Source: Octopus bimaculoides
Lineage: Eukaryota
DNA: 64,000 nt
Assembly (NCBI RefSeq): GCF_001194135.2
Contig: NC_068998.1
Span: 51,686,981-51,750,980 of the forward strand
Reading direction: 5' to 3'
The notes under the pieces are model-generated. The model had not been told where the DNA came from, ran no database searches, and saw only the letters and a program-made list of their open reading frames with translations. Position 1 is the first letter of the stretch; each line of letters opens with the position of its first letter. A program made the position numbers and the translations under genes. This document shows positions 38,136 through 51,533 of this stretch, in pieces.

Positions 38136-39339
38136 TAGATAAATAAATAAGCTGTAAGTATCACTGAAGTTCTGAGTTGGTTTTGTGCCATGTTTTGGAG
38201 GTTGTTGTTTTGTCCCAGTGTTAAACGAATCAATATCCAATGCAATAAATATGCTTATTGTTTCATACAACTTAATTATTTACTATCTATATTTAGTTAA
38301 TAATTCTGTGTTCATATAGATTTTCAGTTTTCTTCCATGTTAAAAGGTATTAAAATCATTTTTAACACCTTATTTTAAGAGATGAGTTATGCTGATAATT
38401 CTGACGTCTATGTTTTATCAATTTGATGATTTGGATTTCAAATGTAAATATTTTTTTTAGTATTTTGTGAGTTATTCCTTAGCTTTACAAATTAAGAAAG
38501 GAAAAAAATATTTGATCTTAATTAATTCTCTTACAATTAAATTTTAAATGAAACATACCATCTGTATTTCATTTAATTTTGAAAATAATGAATTTGGTGG
38601 GTCATTGAGAAATAACAATTGTTTTCTTTTATTATCAACCTAGTGTTTGAAACAAACAAAAAAATTTACATACAATTATGAGAGTAGGTATTAATTTTAT
38701 TGCAAATACTTTAAAACAAGTGGTTTTGTATCATAGAACTGAAAATGACCCGAGGTAGACTTGTGTCATAAAATATAAAAATGTCAATTATGGATATAAT
38801 AAACAGGAAAATCATTTTGGTTTGGTACATTAACAAGTCTATAGATTTTGTTCATAACTTTTAATAATTTCATATATTTTGACTAGAAAAATAAAATGTT
38901 TTATATACTAAAAAAGATAATAAAAAAGAGGTATTAAAAATATTATTACATAAGAGAAATTGAACATTTATTTGTGAATTAGATATCATTTTTTACTTTT
39001 GATTTTTATCTATAGTGTATTATTGATTCATCAAATTGCTGGAACTTGTTTGCTTATTATTTAGAACTTGAAAATGTTTTGATGTTATATAAATTTTATC
39101 ATTATATAGTATATAACATTTTACATTTCTATCTGATGGCTGAATGAAAATCTAAATTTTCACACAACAAAGCATTCATGTACAACCTTCCTTAATTTTG
39201 TATAGAAATATTATTCTTATCATTTTTATTATTCCAAACTTCCATTCCAATAGGTTTAATTATCACTTGATCATGTGATCAACCAGACTATCGGATATTG
39301 TTATACATTGCTGGTCACAATGCACTTTATATCATTTTA

Positions 39340-39892
39340 GCTTTTGCATGATGCCACCTCTCTGGGTAGGTGAGAAGGCCAACATTCCCCCCTGACTGGA
39401 AAGCTTGTCTGTCACAGAGTTACTGATTTACAACTAAATGAATTGAAGCAATGTGAGAAGTGTTTTGCTCATAAACACAACACACTGCTTGGTTTAGGAA
39501 TCAAACCAGTGATCTAGTGATCGAGAGTGCTACACCCTAACCACTAGGCCACGTATTCTCACATGTCTAATTATAAACATAAAATTATATGAAAAAATAG
39601 ATCTATCCTGATGTGAGCTCTTAGTCTTAGTCTTAGGTTTGTCCTGAACTCATTAGAAAGGAAGCTGTCCTGGTTGCTATGGCATGTATTATACGTATCC
39701 CTGAATAGTATGCCAGTCTATCACAGGGTCAACCCTCCAATGTTACTGGTGCTAAGTTTAAGCTGGGTGGATTAGAGTAACATAAAAATGAAGAATTTTG
39801 CTTAAAAACACAGTACACTGTTCAATCTCGGAATCAAAACCATGACATTATGATCTTGAGTCCAACACTCTAACCATTTGGCTATGTACTTT
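39340..39892 (-). mobile_element. Two adjacent family C SINE copies
   Basis: Both end in AGGAATCAAA..CACYCTAACCAYTWGGC on the + strand. Confidence 0.55.
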
Positions 39893-40102
39893 CTGTCCAG
39901 GTGTTATATCATGGTTATGTATTAGTCAGCAGTACAATTTTACACAAAGATATACTATATACTTAATAAGTTTGCTCCATTAAAAAATTTGTTTGCATTC
40001 ATATGGTTCTGTGTTCAGTCCCATTGTGTAGTGTCTTGTGCAAGTGTCTTCTGTCATTGTCTCATGTTGATGTGTGCTTTATAAGTGCAATTTGGTAAAT
40101 GG

Positions 40103-40119
40103 AAATTATGCAGGAATCC

Positions 40120-40163
<44 letters not shown>
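40103..40163. repeat. (TG)n microsatellite
   Basis: Direct reading. Confidence 0.95.
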
Positions 40164-40166
<3 letters not shown>

Positions 40167-40647
40167 ACGTTTCTGAGCCAAAGATGTAAATATCAATGAG
40201 AACATAACTAAACTATTTTCAAATGAAGTCTCTTAAGATATTTGTTCTTAGCCAAGTTACACAGACACCTTATTATCCCAGTCATTGAAAATGTAGTGAT
40301 CTGGTCCATTGGAAGCCTATAACGTATTAAGATATCATTATTGTTTGTTATGAGTTAAAAGAATTTGGTTGCTGCTTCTAGCAGATTGAATGATCATGTA
40401 GAGAGGCTCACATTGGCTCCTAACGCATACTAAGTGGTTCTTTCAGAAGTAGTAAGCACTTTTTAGTGGAAATATTTCTAAGGAGTTTAATGAATGGGTG
40501 ATATTAGTAACTTCCTATCTGTTAATTTGAAGATTTCCTGATATTTTCGCCAATTATTCTGGATAAACAATTATAACCATTCCCCAATTTTGTTTTGAAA
40601 TTGCTTTCGATGGCTTTAACATAACATATTTTTGTAATGTTATAATG

Positions 40648-40865
40648 TTAACCCTTCAGTTATTATATTTCTGTTGAAATAAACCACTTCAATTAATTTT
40701 GAAAATAAGGAAGAATTTAGTAAAATAACTTTCTCATTATTTCGTTTGTGTTTGAAATATAAATCAACATGAAATTTTGATGAAAGGTTTTAATTTAGAT
40801 CATTTTAGAATTAGAAATTTGTTTCCTAGAATAAGGGGCAGTCTCAGATGAGTTAAACAATTAAT
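40648..40865. mobile_element. Copy of the 37221 MITE family
   Basis: TTAACCCTTCAGTTA..TTTCTGTTGAAATA..AATTTAGTAAAATAACTTT..ATTTTGATGAAAGGTTTTAATTTAGATCA; a further partial copy at about 41145-41285. Confidence 0.55.
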
Positions 40866-41351
40866 AAAATTAATTTCCTATGAACAATTAATTGTTTCTC
40901 AGTTAATTTGATCCAGTATATTTTTATAGTTGATGCTATTTGACATCATATTGGCACACAGGACCAACATTTTAAAAAATCTCTTTCATTTTTTTAAACA
41001 TTGTTTTTGTTTATATAGTTACAACAAATAATTTTTAAAGATCATATTTTAAAATTAATTTGACATTTGATTTTATTCCTTTTTATTATTTTTATCAACA
41101 AATATATGTAATTTGTCATTTCTTCAAAATGAACAGTTCATATTTTAACCCTTTTGATACCAACATGCCCAAAGCCATCTTGGTTATATAATACAAATTT
41201 CTTCTTTAAAAGTGATTTAAATTAAAGCTCTTCATTAAAATTCTATGTTATTTCATCAGTTTTATAATGGCAACATCCTAGTTTAATAGCCCTAGTTTTG
41301 TGACATTATTGGGTTTATTTTATTTTATTTTATTTTATTTTATTTTATATA

Positions 41352-41748
41352 TTTACTCTTTACTCTTTTACTTGTTTCAGTCTTTTGACTGTGGCCATGC
41401 TGGAGCACCGCCTTTAGTCGAGCAAATCGACCCCAGGACTTATTCTTTGGAAGCCTAGTACTTATTCTTTCGGTCTCTTTTGCCGAACCGCTAAGTTACA
41501 GGGACATAAACACACCAGCATCGGTTGTCAAGCGATGTTGGAGGGACAAACACATACACACATACATATATATATATATACATATATACGACAGGCTTCT
41601 TTCAGTTTCCGTCTACCAAATCCACTCACAAGGCATTGGTCGGCCCGAGGCTATAGAAGACACTTGCCCAAGATGCCACGCAGTGGGACTGAACCCTGGA
41701 CCATGTGGTTGGTAAGCAAGCTACTTACCACACAGCCACTCCTACGCC
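41352..41748 (-). mobile_element. Full-length tRNA-derived SINE, family A (CORE-like centre, internal CA/TA microsatellite, (AAGAGTA)n tail)
   Basis: Minus-strand head GGCGTAGGAGTGGCTGTGTGGTAAG..GGTTCAGTCCC (A/B boxes); well preserved with CpGs; near-identical 3' half at 60216-60423. Confidence 0.85.
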
Positions 41749-43499
41749 TTTTGTTCATTTTATTTATTTATATATTTTTGTCCTGTTTAAATATTGAGAA
41801 AATCAGAATTATGAATGCAATATTATCTGCTATTTCAGATTGTTTACAAATCGTGGGTTTTCTTTCTTTAGCATATTCTGTTGACTCCAAATCCATCAAT
41901 TTTGAGTCCTTAGCAACTGAAATACAGCTGAAATGTTAGACAATGCCAAATGTACTTTTATTCCAGCATTATCTAATGCATTGTTCATTACAAGAAAAGA
42001 ACTCCTAGCACATAGGGGTTTATTAATTGGAATCATTTTATAATATCTTTTAGCAGAAATCAATATTCACAACACATTCACTTTTTTTTTTTTGACCAGG
42101 AATTAATAAAAATAATAGAATTTGATGGGTTTTTTCCCCCAAAATTTAAAACAAATTGAATTATTTAAAATTATACCATAAACTAAAGCAATACGTGCAA
42201 ATTTTTGAAAATTTTTGCAATAAACAACTTGGTTTTAACTCAATCATGGGTTTGATTTTTTTTTTTTGTTTATTTTCAGTTTTGTTTATGATTTTTTTAA
42301 TAAATTTCAGTTTTCACGGCTGAGATTTTCTACATTTATATTTATTATTACATGAATTGTTTTTTATACCTTCTTTCTTTTTAAACTGTGATATTTTATG
42401 CAATTAAGGTTCTACAACTTTAAGCAGTGTTATTTTAGTAACTTAAAAAAAAAAAAAACTTATTGTTTATATAAATTCTTTAAAATATCAAATTTTGAAT
42501 ATAAATTTTTACTTCAAGGAAATTTATCCTTCACTATTTTCAACTTTCTGAAGTAAAACCAATTAAAATAAATTGCTGCTATTATTGCCATTCTTAGGAG
42601 AAGAAAAGAAAAAGCAAAAAGAAGGATGGAAAGAATGAAATAGAAAAGCTGTTAGATTTCCAATTAGTTTAACCAATTCCACAGGTGTCTCCGTTTTAAC
42701 TTAGCTTTATAAACTGGTCATATGTAGATTTGAATTTAAGGTTCATATTTTATTTATCAATTAATAGTTGAATTCAAAGTTTTTTTTTTGTCTTTTCTAT
42801 TTTTAATATATATTGTCTAAATCTTTAGGAAATTAATTAAGGGATATCTGTTAATTAATGAGTTTTTAATACCACTTTTGAATTTGAAGTAGCTTTCATT
42901 TTCCTTATTCTACTTGAAAACATTTATGTTGTTTTACTTATCTTAATAAGTCTTTTAATTATAAAGATCAGAGTATTATTATTTGTTGTGTATCATATGA
43001 GATTGTTGCTTAGCTTCTATTTACATTTTAAGACAAGTCAATGTATCAGTGATGAGATAACTATACATCTTTTTTTTTTGTTTATATTAAGTGAATATGT
43101 GTGGGTGAATTTTCAATATGCTGTTAATATATAAATAACATTCCCTATTTTGTTTTAAAAAACACTTTGTCAAAACACAAAACAGAATATAACTGATATG
43201 TTACATAGATAAACATGTTGTTATTTTAATTCCATGACTTTTAGAAAATCTTTTACGAGCTGTTGTTCTTATAATAAACTACCATGATTCCACAGTTTGG
43301 ATTTCCTACCTTCAAAGAAGCTAATTTGTCTTGTTCTGAGATATTTTTCTCTAATATTTAAGTTAATTCCTTATATTTGTTTTCTTTTCTCAAGCCCATT
43401 CATTTTCTTCGTGTATTTTAAATTAGCTCATAGTGTTGTACATGTGAAAATGCATTGACAAAAACAGGATAGTTAGCTACTGCTACTGCTATAACAACT

Positions 43500-44214
43500 C
43501 ACGTTTTCCATCTCTTTCTCTCAGCCTATCCCCATCGGTCTCCTCCCTTTCAGATTTCTTCTCTCTTGCAGTCTGTGTAGGCTGCTGGTTGTAATGCATG
43601 CTGATACCTTAGTATGCAGGAGAGAGAGAAGCCTCTACAATTCTCTATGCTAGCAGCTAACAACAGTGAAGAAAGAGAGATTGCCAAACATTCTCTTATG
43701 TCCTCCTATAGCAATGTGCTACACACAAATGTAAACAAGATTTTTGTCTAAGTGAGGTTAATTTTAATGGAGATTTGCGGACGGAAAGTCTGGTTTCCAT
43801 CTCTTTTAATTGTACCTGAGTTCAATTTGTCGTTAAGCATCATCAGCATCAGCTATAGCAAACTCACCGCTCACATCTGTGGAGGTTGGCAGAATAAAAG
43901 TGAAGAGAGTGTATATAACTACTGCTAGTCTTCTATATCATACTGAATCCACGGCCAGCAGTTTAAGATTGTAAACAGCTAACATGGCCAAGCAATGGAT
44001 CTTTTTAGAATCAATGAAAACATTTTGATAAAAGAAAGAAAGAAGGTACCAATCACCTAACTTAATGTGATTTACTATTTGGCATGCTTTGTCATGCAAC
44101 ATGGAGCAACTATTACTAGTAGCTATGTGTTATTGTTATTATTTCCTCCCTTTTTTCTTCCTTTCCTCCCATGTTTCATCGGATTTCAATTTATGAACAT
44201 AAACAAATGTTATC
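43500..44214 (+). promoter_or_regulatory. Probable 5' leader of the DGK-like gene, with a candidate 3' splice site and upstream ORFs
   Basis: Pyrimidine tract CTCCTCCCTTTCAG-ATTTCTTCTCTCTTGCAG ending at 43570; several upstream ATGs including a 53-aa ORF at 43767-43928; no SINEs or long microsatellites. Confidence 0.4.
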
Positions 44215-45119
44215 ATGAACCGGCTAAAAAAAAATTGCAATTTTTCACTCTCGTTTGAAGTTCCCAAACTATGTATATCTCGACAAGAAGCTGCTGCAAA
44301 AGATGATGCAAGCAAAAGTCTGCTTCAGTTACCTTCAGAAGCACGTGTACGTTCATCTAGCTTTGACACAAGCAGCCTTCCTAATAAAGACAACCAGGAA
44401 TTTTTAAAAGTCCCCAATACCGGGCGTCGATCTAATTCCTTTGATGTTACCGCTAATATCGCTATATCATCTGATGAAGGTATTTCAGACCAGGAAACTA
44501 ATTCGGGCAAAAAACTTCTTAAGTGGAGACGTGCTTCTTATGAAATTCCTAAACTGTGCATACACTGTATACACCTTGAAACTCTAGCAAATCAAGAATT
44601 AGATACTGTCCTTAGTGATAAAACCAGTCAACAACTAGATTTGCTGACATCTGACTATCCGGGAGTGTTTACTTCTTCATGTGAATCTCTGTATTCTTCA
44701 TCATCTGATCTTCCAGCTGACAGTGACTATAGTGACAAAGATGACAATTCAGAATGCAGTATATCTGCCCTTTCTTTACTGGAAACACATTCTCCAGATA
44801 TTATTCAGGATAGTCCTTCTCTGTCAAGCCCCCCTCTTTTGATAAAGTCACCAAATGAGCTGACGCCTTCAAATGATAACCAACTTAAAGAAATATCTTA
44901 TATCAATGTCTTGACCCTTGAAGTGCCGACAGTTAAGTCGCAACGTTCATCCTCTGTTGACACTGGATGTTTACAAGTGTCACCTTCTGATTCTTGGAAA
45001 TCTTCCTTGAGTGGAAACGAATTTCTTGAAGTGCCAGTCCAACCTCGGTCTAGTTCAATTGACGTACGGCTACCAACTGAAGAAGACAAACATTATGTTG
45101 CAATTAATAATGCCAACAG
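44215..45119 (+). CDS. rdgA: First coding exon of a probable eye-specific/type IV diacylglycerol kinase (rdgA; DGK zeta/iota-like), Ser-rich disordered N-terminus; rest of the gene not found in the window
   Basis: Longest gap-free ORF (307 aa), non-repetitive, ATG with A at -3 (GTTATCATGA), AACAG|GTATAT donor at 45119/45120 (phase 2). Motif order MNRLKK..EVPK..RSSSFD..FLKVP..RSNSFD..RRAS..CIHCIHLE matches my recollection of the Drosophila rdgA N-terminus (MQRLR..LEVPK..RSASFD..FLQVP..RSHSFD..CIHCHYLE). Coding status is well supported; the identity rests on memory and needs BLASTP. Confidence 0.65.
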
Positions 45120-46289
45120 GTATATTATCTATGGATAATCCTTTTGCCATCGCTTCATCTCTGTTACTATCTTCTCCATGTTAAGATTTTTCATGTTTTT
45201 CTAAACATCATACGAATATATTTAACTGTTTTTAAATGCTTCGGTTCAAAAGACAAGCGTGATAGTTTTTACAAAGTGAATAGTTACATAAATAACATAA
45301 AACAAATTAACCCATAAGTAACTTTAAGTTTCCAGCATTGTTGATTTTTTTTCTCTATTTTCATCTTTTTTTTGCTATATATTGTTAAAATTGTATAATT
45401 ATAATTTTAAATTGTATTGTATTAAAAAGACATACTTTTAGTTTAGTTTCTCTCCTTCAGTTTTTTAAACATGTGATTAGAACGTAGTCTGATTGTATGC
45501 TATCACAAGTGTTTATTTATTCTTACCATCTCTCTAAAATTTGTATATCATATTGCTTCTCTCACATATCTACTCCAGATCCATTCAGCTGAAATATCAT
45601 ACTAAGAACTTTTTCTTCTTGTATTATTTTATTGTATTATATCTAGCGTGTGTTATCTTAAACATTTGTCAGTCTTTATATCTTGTTAGTCATCACTTTT
45701 ATCCTTTTGTCATTATTACATTTATCACTTCATTTATCTTTTGATATCAATATATTTTTTCGTTCTATAATTAAGATCTACATCATGCAAATATCAAGTT
45801 ACTTTAACTTTGAATTTCGATATCTACTCATCCTAGTAATCTTTAAAATTGACCATCCCACTCTCACCCATTCTTTGAGTACAAATTAATGACACAATTT
45901 TAGCTGAATAATATTTGCTTATTAGCAAAACTATTTTATCCATGAATGCTTATGTGTTCTACATGTGCATAATATATATATATATATAAATATTTATGCA
46001 GTTTAAATATTGTACAAACAAGACACACCTACAAGACAAAGATAAGAAGATAAGAATTTTAAAATGTCTTTCTGTATTCTCACTACTTCTAAAAATGCTT
46101 GATAAATTTTAAGTATTTTTGTAATCTTTCTTATGATATGTGTAGTGTGTGGTTTAAAAAAAAAAAAAAAGTAATTTACAAAATGCCATTTTACAGCTGT
46201 CTCAGATTATCGTTACATTCTGTTACAGTACAGCAATTATTTTGTAGTAAATACGCAGAGATTCTTCCCTCTATTGTGATCAAGTAAAG

Positions 46290-46303
46290 TTAAATGGTAC
46301 AGT

Positions 46304-46337
<34 letters not shown>

Positions 46338-46413
46338 TATATACACACACACACATGTGCGTGTATGGTTATATATACACACATGTGTGTGTATAGTGAC
46401 ATATACACACACA

Positions 46414-46459
<46 letters not shown>

Positions 46460-46675
46460 CATACATATATATACATACACTCATGTATATGTACACATAT
46501 GCACACAAACGTATATATACATATATGCACACACACACACACACACATATATACATCTATGTAGTTTTATATGTGTATGTGTATATATGTCTAATTTTGT
46601 GTGTGTGTGTATATATATAAATATATATACCTGTATATATATATCTATATATATGTGTGTGTGAGTGTGTGCTTT

Positions 46676-46717
<42 letters not shown>

Positions 46718-46760
46718 CGTGTGTAATGATATAATATGTATATATATTGTATATCCATAT
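46290..46760. repeat. Compound (TA)n/(CA)n/(TG)n microsatellite field
   Basis: Direct reading; source of many spurious ORFs. Confidence 0.95.
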
Positions 46761-47131
46761 GTTATTATATGCCTGATAGCTGTGTGCTTGCTTGGAAACT
46801 CTGTTTATCATCTGATTGTCTGTTCTACATATTGATCTCAACACTGGCTTTCTTTCTTCTCTTATTCTGAAACAATAGCAACATTTTAACCTTTACCTTT
46901 CATGATATTTTAATTCTTCTCTTGCGAGTACAACCAGTGTTAAAAATCATCATTAGAAGTTTGTATTATTTGTGGTTTGTACTGGAATGGAGTAGACACA
47001 ATCGACTGACCTATTCCTTGCATATGTGTGGCCAGGTGCTGATGTTAGGTATAATACTAATGATAATAATAATAATAAGCCTTGTATAGATGAATGTTTT
47101 TGTTGTTGTTATTATTATTATTATTATTATT

Positions 47132-47581
47132 AAGGTGGAAAGCTGGCAGAATTTGTAGAATTCCAGACAAAATGCTGCTAAGCATTTTGTCTGTCTCTAT
47201 GATCTGAGTTCAAATTCTGCTGAGGTCGACTTTGCCTTTCACCCTTTCAGGGTCAATAAATTAAGTACCAGTGAAATACTGAGGTCAATGTAGTCAACTA
47301 GTCCCCCTCCTATAAATTTCAGGCCTTGTGCCTTTAGTAGAAAGGATTATTATTATTACCATTATTAAGGTAGCGAGCTGGCAGACTCGTTACCGCACCA
47401 GAAAAATTGCTCAACAGTATTTCTTCTGACATTAAATTCTGTGTTCAAATTTCCCAAAAGTTAACTTTGTTTTTCATCCTCTCTGGATCAGTAGAATCAG
47501 CACCAGTTGAGCACTGGGGCCAATGTAATCGACTTACCCATTGCCCCAAAATTGCTGGCCTTGTGCCAACATTTGAAACCG

Positions 47582-47631
<50 letters not shown>

Positions 47632-50070
47632 ACTAAGGTGATGAGCTGGCAGAATCGTTAGCATTTTGGATGAAGTGTTTAATGGTATTTCACCCATCAG
47701 TGCATTTTCAGTCCACATTCTGTTGAGGTCGACTTTGCCTTTTAACCTTTGGGGTTACTAAATATTACAGTGACTAAATATCACTGTAACCACATTTGCT
47801 GTGATATTGTTAGAAATTCTCACTTTCCTCTTTAGCCAAGCACTCATCAAATTTTTATTTGAATTCCATTTGAAAAGGAAGGTGAGGTTTGAGAGGGATG
47901 TACTTTCCCCACTACCCCCAGTAAGTTTGTTGAAAGATGGGTAAATGCGATAAGGATGGTTCAAGTGTGTGGGCCTACTCTAAGCTGTTACCTATAGGCT
48001 AGAGAGTAAGGAAGAGAAAGGAGCATTTGCCATGGTACTCTTGGTGGGTAAAGTGGCTCACGATCTGTAGGTTTCTTTCATTGCCCCTAATCAGTGTTTC
48101 CCACTCCTATTGGGGAAATTTATTTGTCAGAAATTTTTATTAACTGTTATTGTTTCAAATGTTCACACATTTTTTGTTGCTGCAAATCCCCGTTGTCCTT
48201 CATCCCTGTACTGTCCGAAATGTTCTTTGCAGCTTTTTTGGTCAGTAAAGAAAGAATTATTACTAAGGCAGCAAACTGTCAGAATCATTGTCCTGCCAGA
48301 GAGAGGGCTCAGTGGCATTTCTTCCAGCTTTACATCCTGAGTTCAAATTCCGCTGAGGTCAACTTCATTCTTTCATCCTTTCGGGAGTCTATGAAATAAG
48401 TAACAGTTAAACACTTCGGTTGATGTAATTGATTATTCCCACCCGTCAAAATTTTAGGTTTTGTGCCTTTAGTAGAAAGAATTATTATTATCATTATTGT
48501 TGTTGTTATTATTATTATTACTCCTGTCTTATTGAAGGCAGTGGTATTGTTTTCAGTCGTGTTTGTTTGTTTGTCTGTGGACAAGATATCTCCAGAACCA
48601 CTGGATGGATTTGGATGAAACTTTCAGGGATGTTTGGCCTTGTAACTTTGTAACTGGTACGAAATTATTAGATTTTGGGATCGATCCAATACTGGACAAG
48701 GATTCTGGATTATTTTTCCTGATTTTTTAACTTAATTTTTGAGAGCAGCCAGGTTCATTTTTAGTATTCTCGTCTGTGAGAGCGATCGAGTTTATTTAAG
48801 ATATTCTCATTTTAAAAATCCTCTCCGGCTAATCGTTGAGAGGACGTTGGTGTTGCTTTGGCAGATGTTTGCGCTCTCTGAGTGCTCTTGCTATTATCAT
48901 CATCATCATCATCATCATCATCATTATCATCATCATTATTATTATTATTATTATTTTTAGTAGTAGTGGTAGGAGGAGGAGAGTGGTGGTCAAAATTTCT
49001 TTGCCATATTTTTGTCTCTGTATGGTCTGAGTTCAATCCCCGTTTAGGTTAACAATGCCTGCCATCCTTCTGGAATTGATTTTAGTTGTGAAAACTCAGT
49101 GTGAATGGAATCAATACTATAGCCAAGTACTGGACATCAATGCAATCAGCCAACTCACTCCCTTGCGACTCTGTTAGAAACCTTTGTTATTATTGCTATT
49201 AATAATCCTCTTTAGGGATTTATGCTCTCTCCGGTCATTAAATACTGAGGTCATTTTAATCAATTGCACCCGGTCATCTGCATTTGTCTCATATTACTAT
49301 TTGATAGAATTGTTAACATGGCAGACAAAATGCTTTCTGGGTTTTCTTTTGCTTTAACATTCTGAGTTCAAATTCTGCTGAGGCTGACATTGCCTTTCAT
49401 TCATTCACACTCCCAAAATGTCAGGCGTTGTGTGTTTGGTTGAAAGAATTATTATGATAAATAGCAGAAGTGACAGAGTAGTGGACAAAGTACCTTATGG
49501 TAGTTAGACATCTTTATATTATGAGTTCAAATCCTGCATCAGATATGTTTGTGTTTCGTCATTCTAGGATTAATGAAATAAGTATCATTCAATTTTATGC
49601 CCTGCATTAAAGCTAACGACCATTACTTTAGTTGTTATATTATTAGAAATGGCAAAATCATTAGAGCATCAGATGAAATATTTTGCTCCATTTTGTTATG
49701 GCATTTTACATAATGAGTTCAGGCAACGAGCTGGTAGAATCCTTAGAATATTGGACAAAATGCCTAGTGGCTTTTCTTCTGGCTCTTATGCTCTGAGTTC
49801 AAATGATACCGAAGTCAACTTTGGCTTTCATCCTTTTGAAGTTGATAAAATATGTTCTAATTAAGCACTGGGGTCAATGTAATTGACTTACTCCTCCTGC
49901 TAATTATAGTTGGCCTTGTGCCAAAATTTGGAAGAATTTTACATTCTGAGTTTAGATGCTGCTGTGATGAACTTCCTTTCATCCGTCTGAAATCAATCTA
50001 ATAAAGGACTATTCGAGTACGTGGGTTGATTTAATTAACATATAAACCTAATCTGAAACGATGGCCCTAA
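47132..50070 (+). mobile_element. Cluster of at least eight same-strand family D SINE copies separated by (ATT)n
   Basis: Copies at about 47132-47345, 47367-47580, 47635-47765, 48265-48483, 48985-49181, 49305-49450, 49460-49600, 49721-49935 and 49938-50070. Confidence 0.8.
48515..48893 (+). mobile_element. Non-autonomous Helentron/DINE-1-like (HINE) element
   Basis: 5' block TTTTCAGTCGTGTTTGTTTGTTTGTCTGT..GATATCTC..GGATGGATTTGGATGAAACTT; 3' CTTTGGCAGATG followed by hairpin GCGCTC-TCT-GAGTGC (48871-48885) just before the end; inserted in an ATT tract. Family recognised from memory. Confidence 0.65.
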
Positions 50071-50544
50071 GCAAGGCAATCAAATTGACAGAAATAGTAG
50101 TTTCAGAGTTAAGTTTGTTCCTCTACATTCTTAAGGTATAAATGCTATCAGTACTAATTTTGCATTTTGTCTGACTGAGGGCCAATGACTAAGTACTAAT
50201 AATATATACTTAATAATACTAATAATATGTGATCTTGCATCAGTATAAATACCCTCCAAGAACATAGAATAGATCACTTGGCATAGTACCTTTTACCAGT
50301 TTAGTAACATATCTCTACTTTGTGAGTTCAAATCCTGTGAACAGAAAAAAAAAATCTTTTATTACACTATAAGTATTTACTCCTTGAAATAGATATTGAT
50401 AATATAATAAGTATGAATTTAATTTGGTTGTGTGATGTATCTCTCTCAGCTGGAAAATTTGGTGCCATTGGGCAACATTATAATTGCTGTGGTTGTTGTC
50501 TTCATCAACACCCACTTCACACTACAGTTGTTGTTACTACATCT

Positions 50545-50552
50545 TCCAACAC

Positions 50553-50603
<51 letters not shown>

Positions 50604-50794
50604 TGTTACAACCATCAGCAACTCTGTATCCTCACAATGAAAAACTGCTATTAAATTGAGGAAGTAAACGTGAACTTTTGACTGAATTTTTGGGAGAGTT
50701 TGGTACTTCACCTTCTTAGAACAATTAACATTGTTTCATTGTTTTCATAAATGTGTGTGTGTATGTACGTGTATGTATGTATATATGTACATGC

Positions 50795-50854
<60 letters not shown>

Positions 50855-51010
50855 ATATATATATATATATATATGCAGAGAGAGAGAGAGAGAGATACAC
50901 ACATGCACACACTTGCATACACATATATGTTGTGAGTGTGTATGTGTGTGTATATAATGTGTATGTGTGTGTATATAATGTGTATGTGTGTGTATATAAT
51001 GTGTATATAA
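50545..51010. repeat. (ATT)n, (ATCT)n, (AT)n, (AG)n and three copies of a ~21-bp TATAATGTGTATGTGTGTGTA unit
   Basis: Direct reading. Confidence 0.9.
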
Positions 51011-51209
51011 ATACATACATAGATTTGATAAAGACTGAAAGAAGTCTGTTGTAAAATCATATCGAGGCTTAGGGGGGGAAATATATTGCTTAGAAACAGG
51101 AGAAGGTTAGCAACAGGAAAGGCATCTGGGCTTAGAAATCAGCTGCAAAAAATTCTGTTTGATATATGTCAGCCTGGAAAAGTTGTTAAAACTACAATGA
51201 CAATGATGA

Positions 51210-51242
<33 letters not shown>

Positions 51243-51498
51243 CACATATGTCTGTATGTATGTACATAAATTTGCATATACTTATATGTATATATACATG
51301 TATATGTAGATAGAGTGAGTTATATATATATATATATATATATAAAATTTGAAAACTCTACAACACTAGGTGAAAGTGCTAATTTACAAAACATGTGACT
51401 TATGAATAAAAATATGTAAATGTACAACCATCCAGACATCTGAGTACCTGATTATTATTTTTTCTAATATATAATTCCTGTACATCACCTCCAAACCT

Positions 51499-51533
<35 letters not shown>

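Noticed and set aside
41535-41939. 134-aa ORF
   Set aside because: Reads through the antisense strand of a family A SINE and a microsatellite.
46280-46844. Many overlapping YIYI/CVCV/HTHT ORFs (also 12932, 15590, 22043, 28840-29974, 50413-51060)
   Set aside because: Translations of microsatellites.
47870-48100. GC-richer patch with LRVG-HT on the minus strand (I-clade LINE C-terminus-like)
   Set aside because: Needs a frameshift and has no other support.
47132-50070. CRISPR-like repeat/spacer array
   Set aside because: Units are ~200-bp SINEs with microsatellite spacers in a eukaryotic genome; no cas genes.
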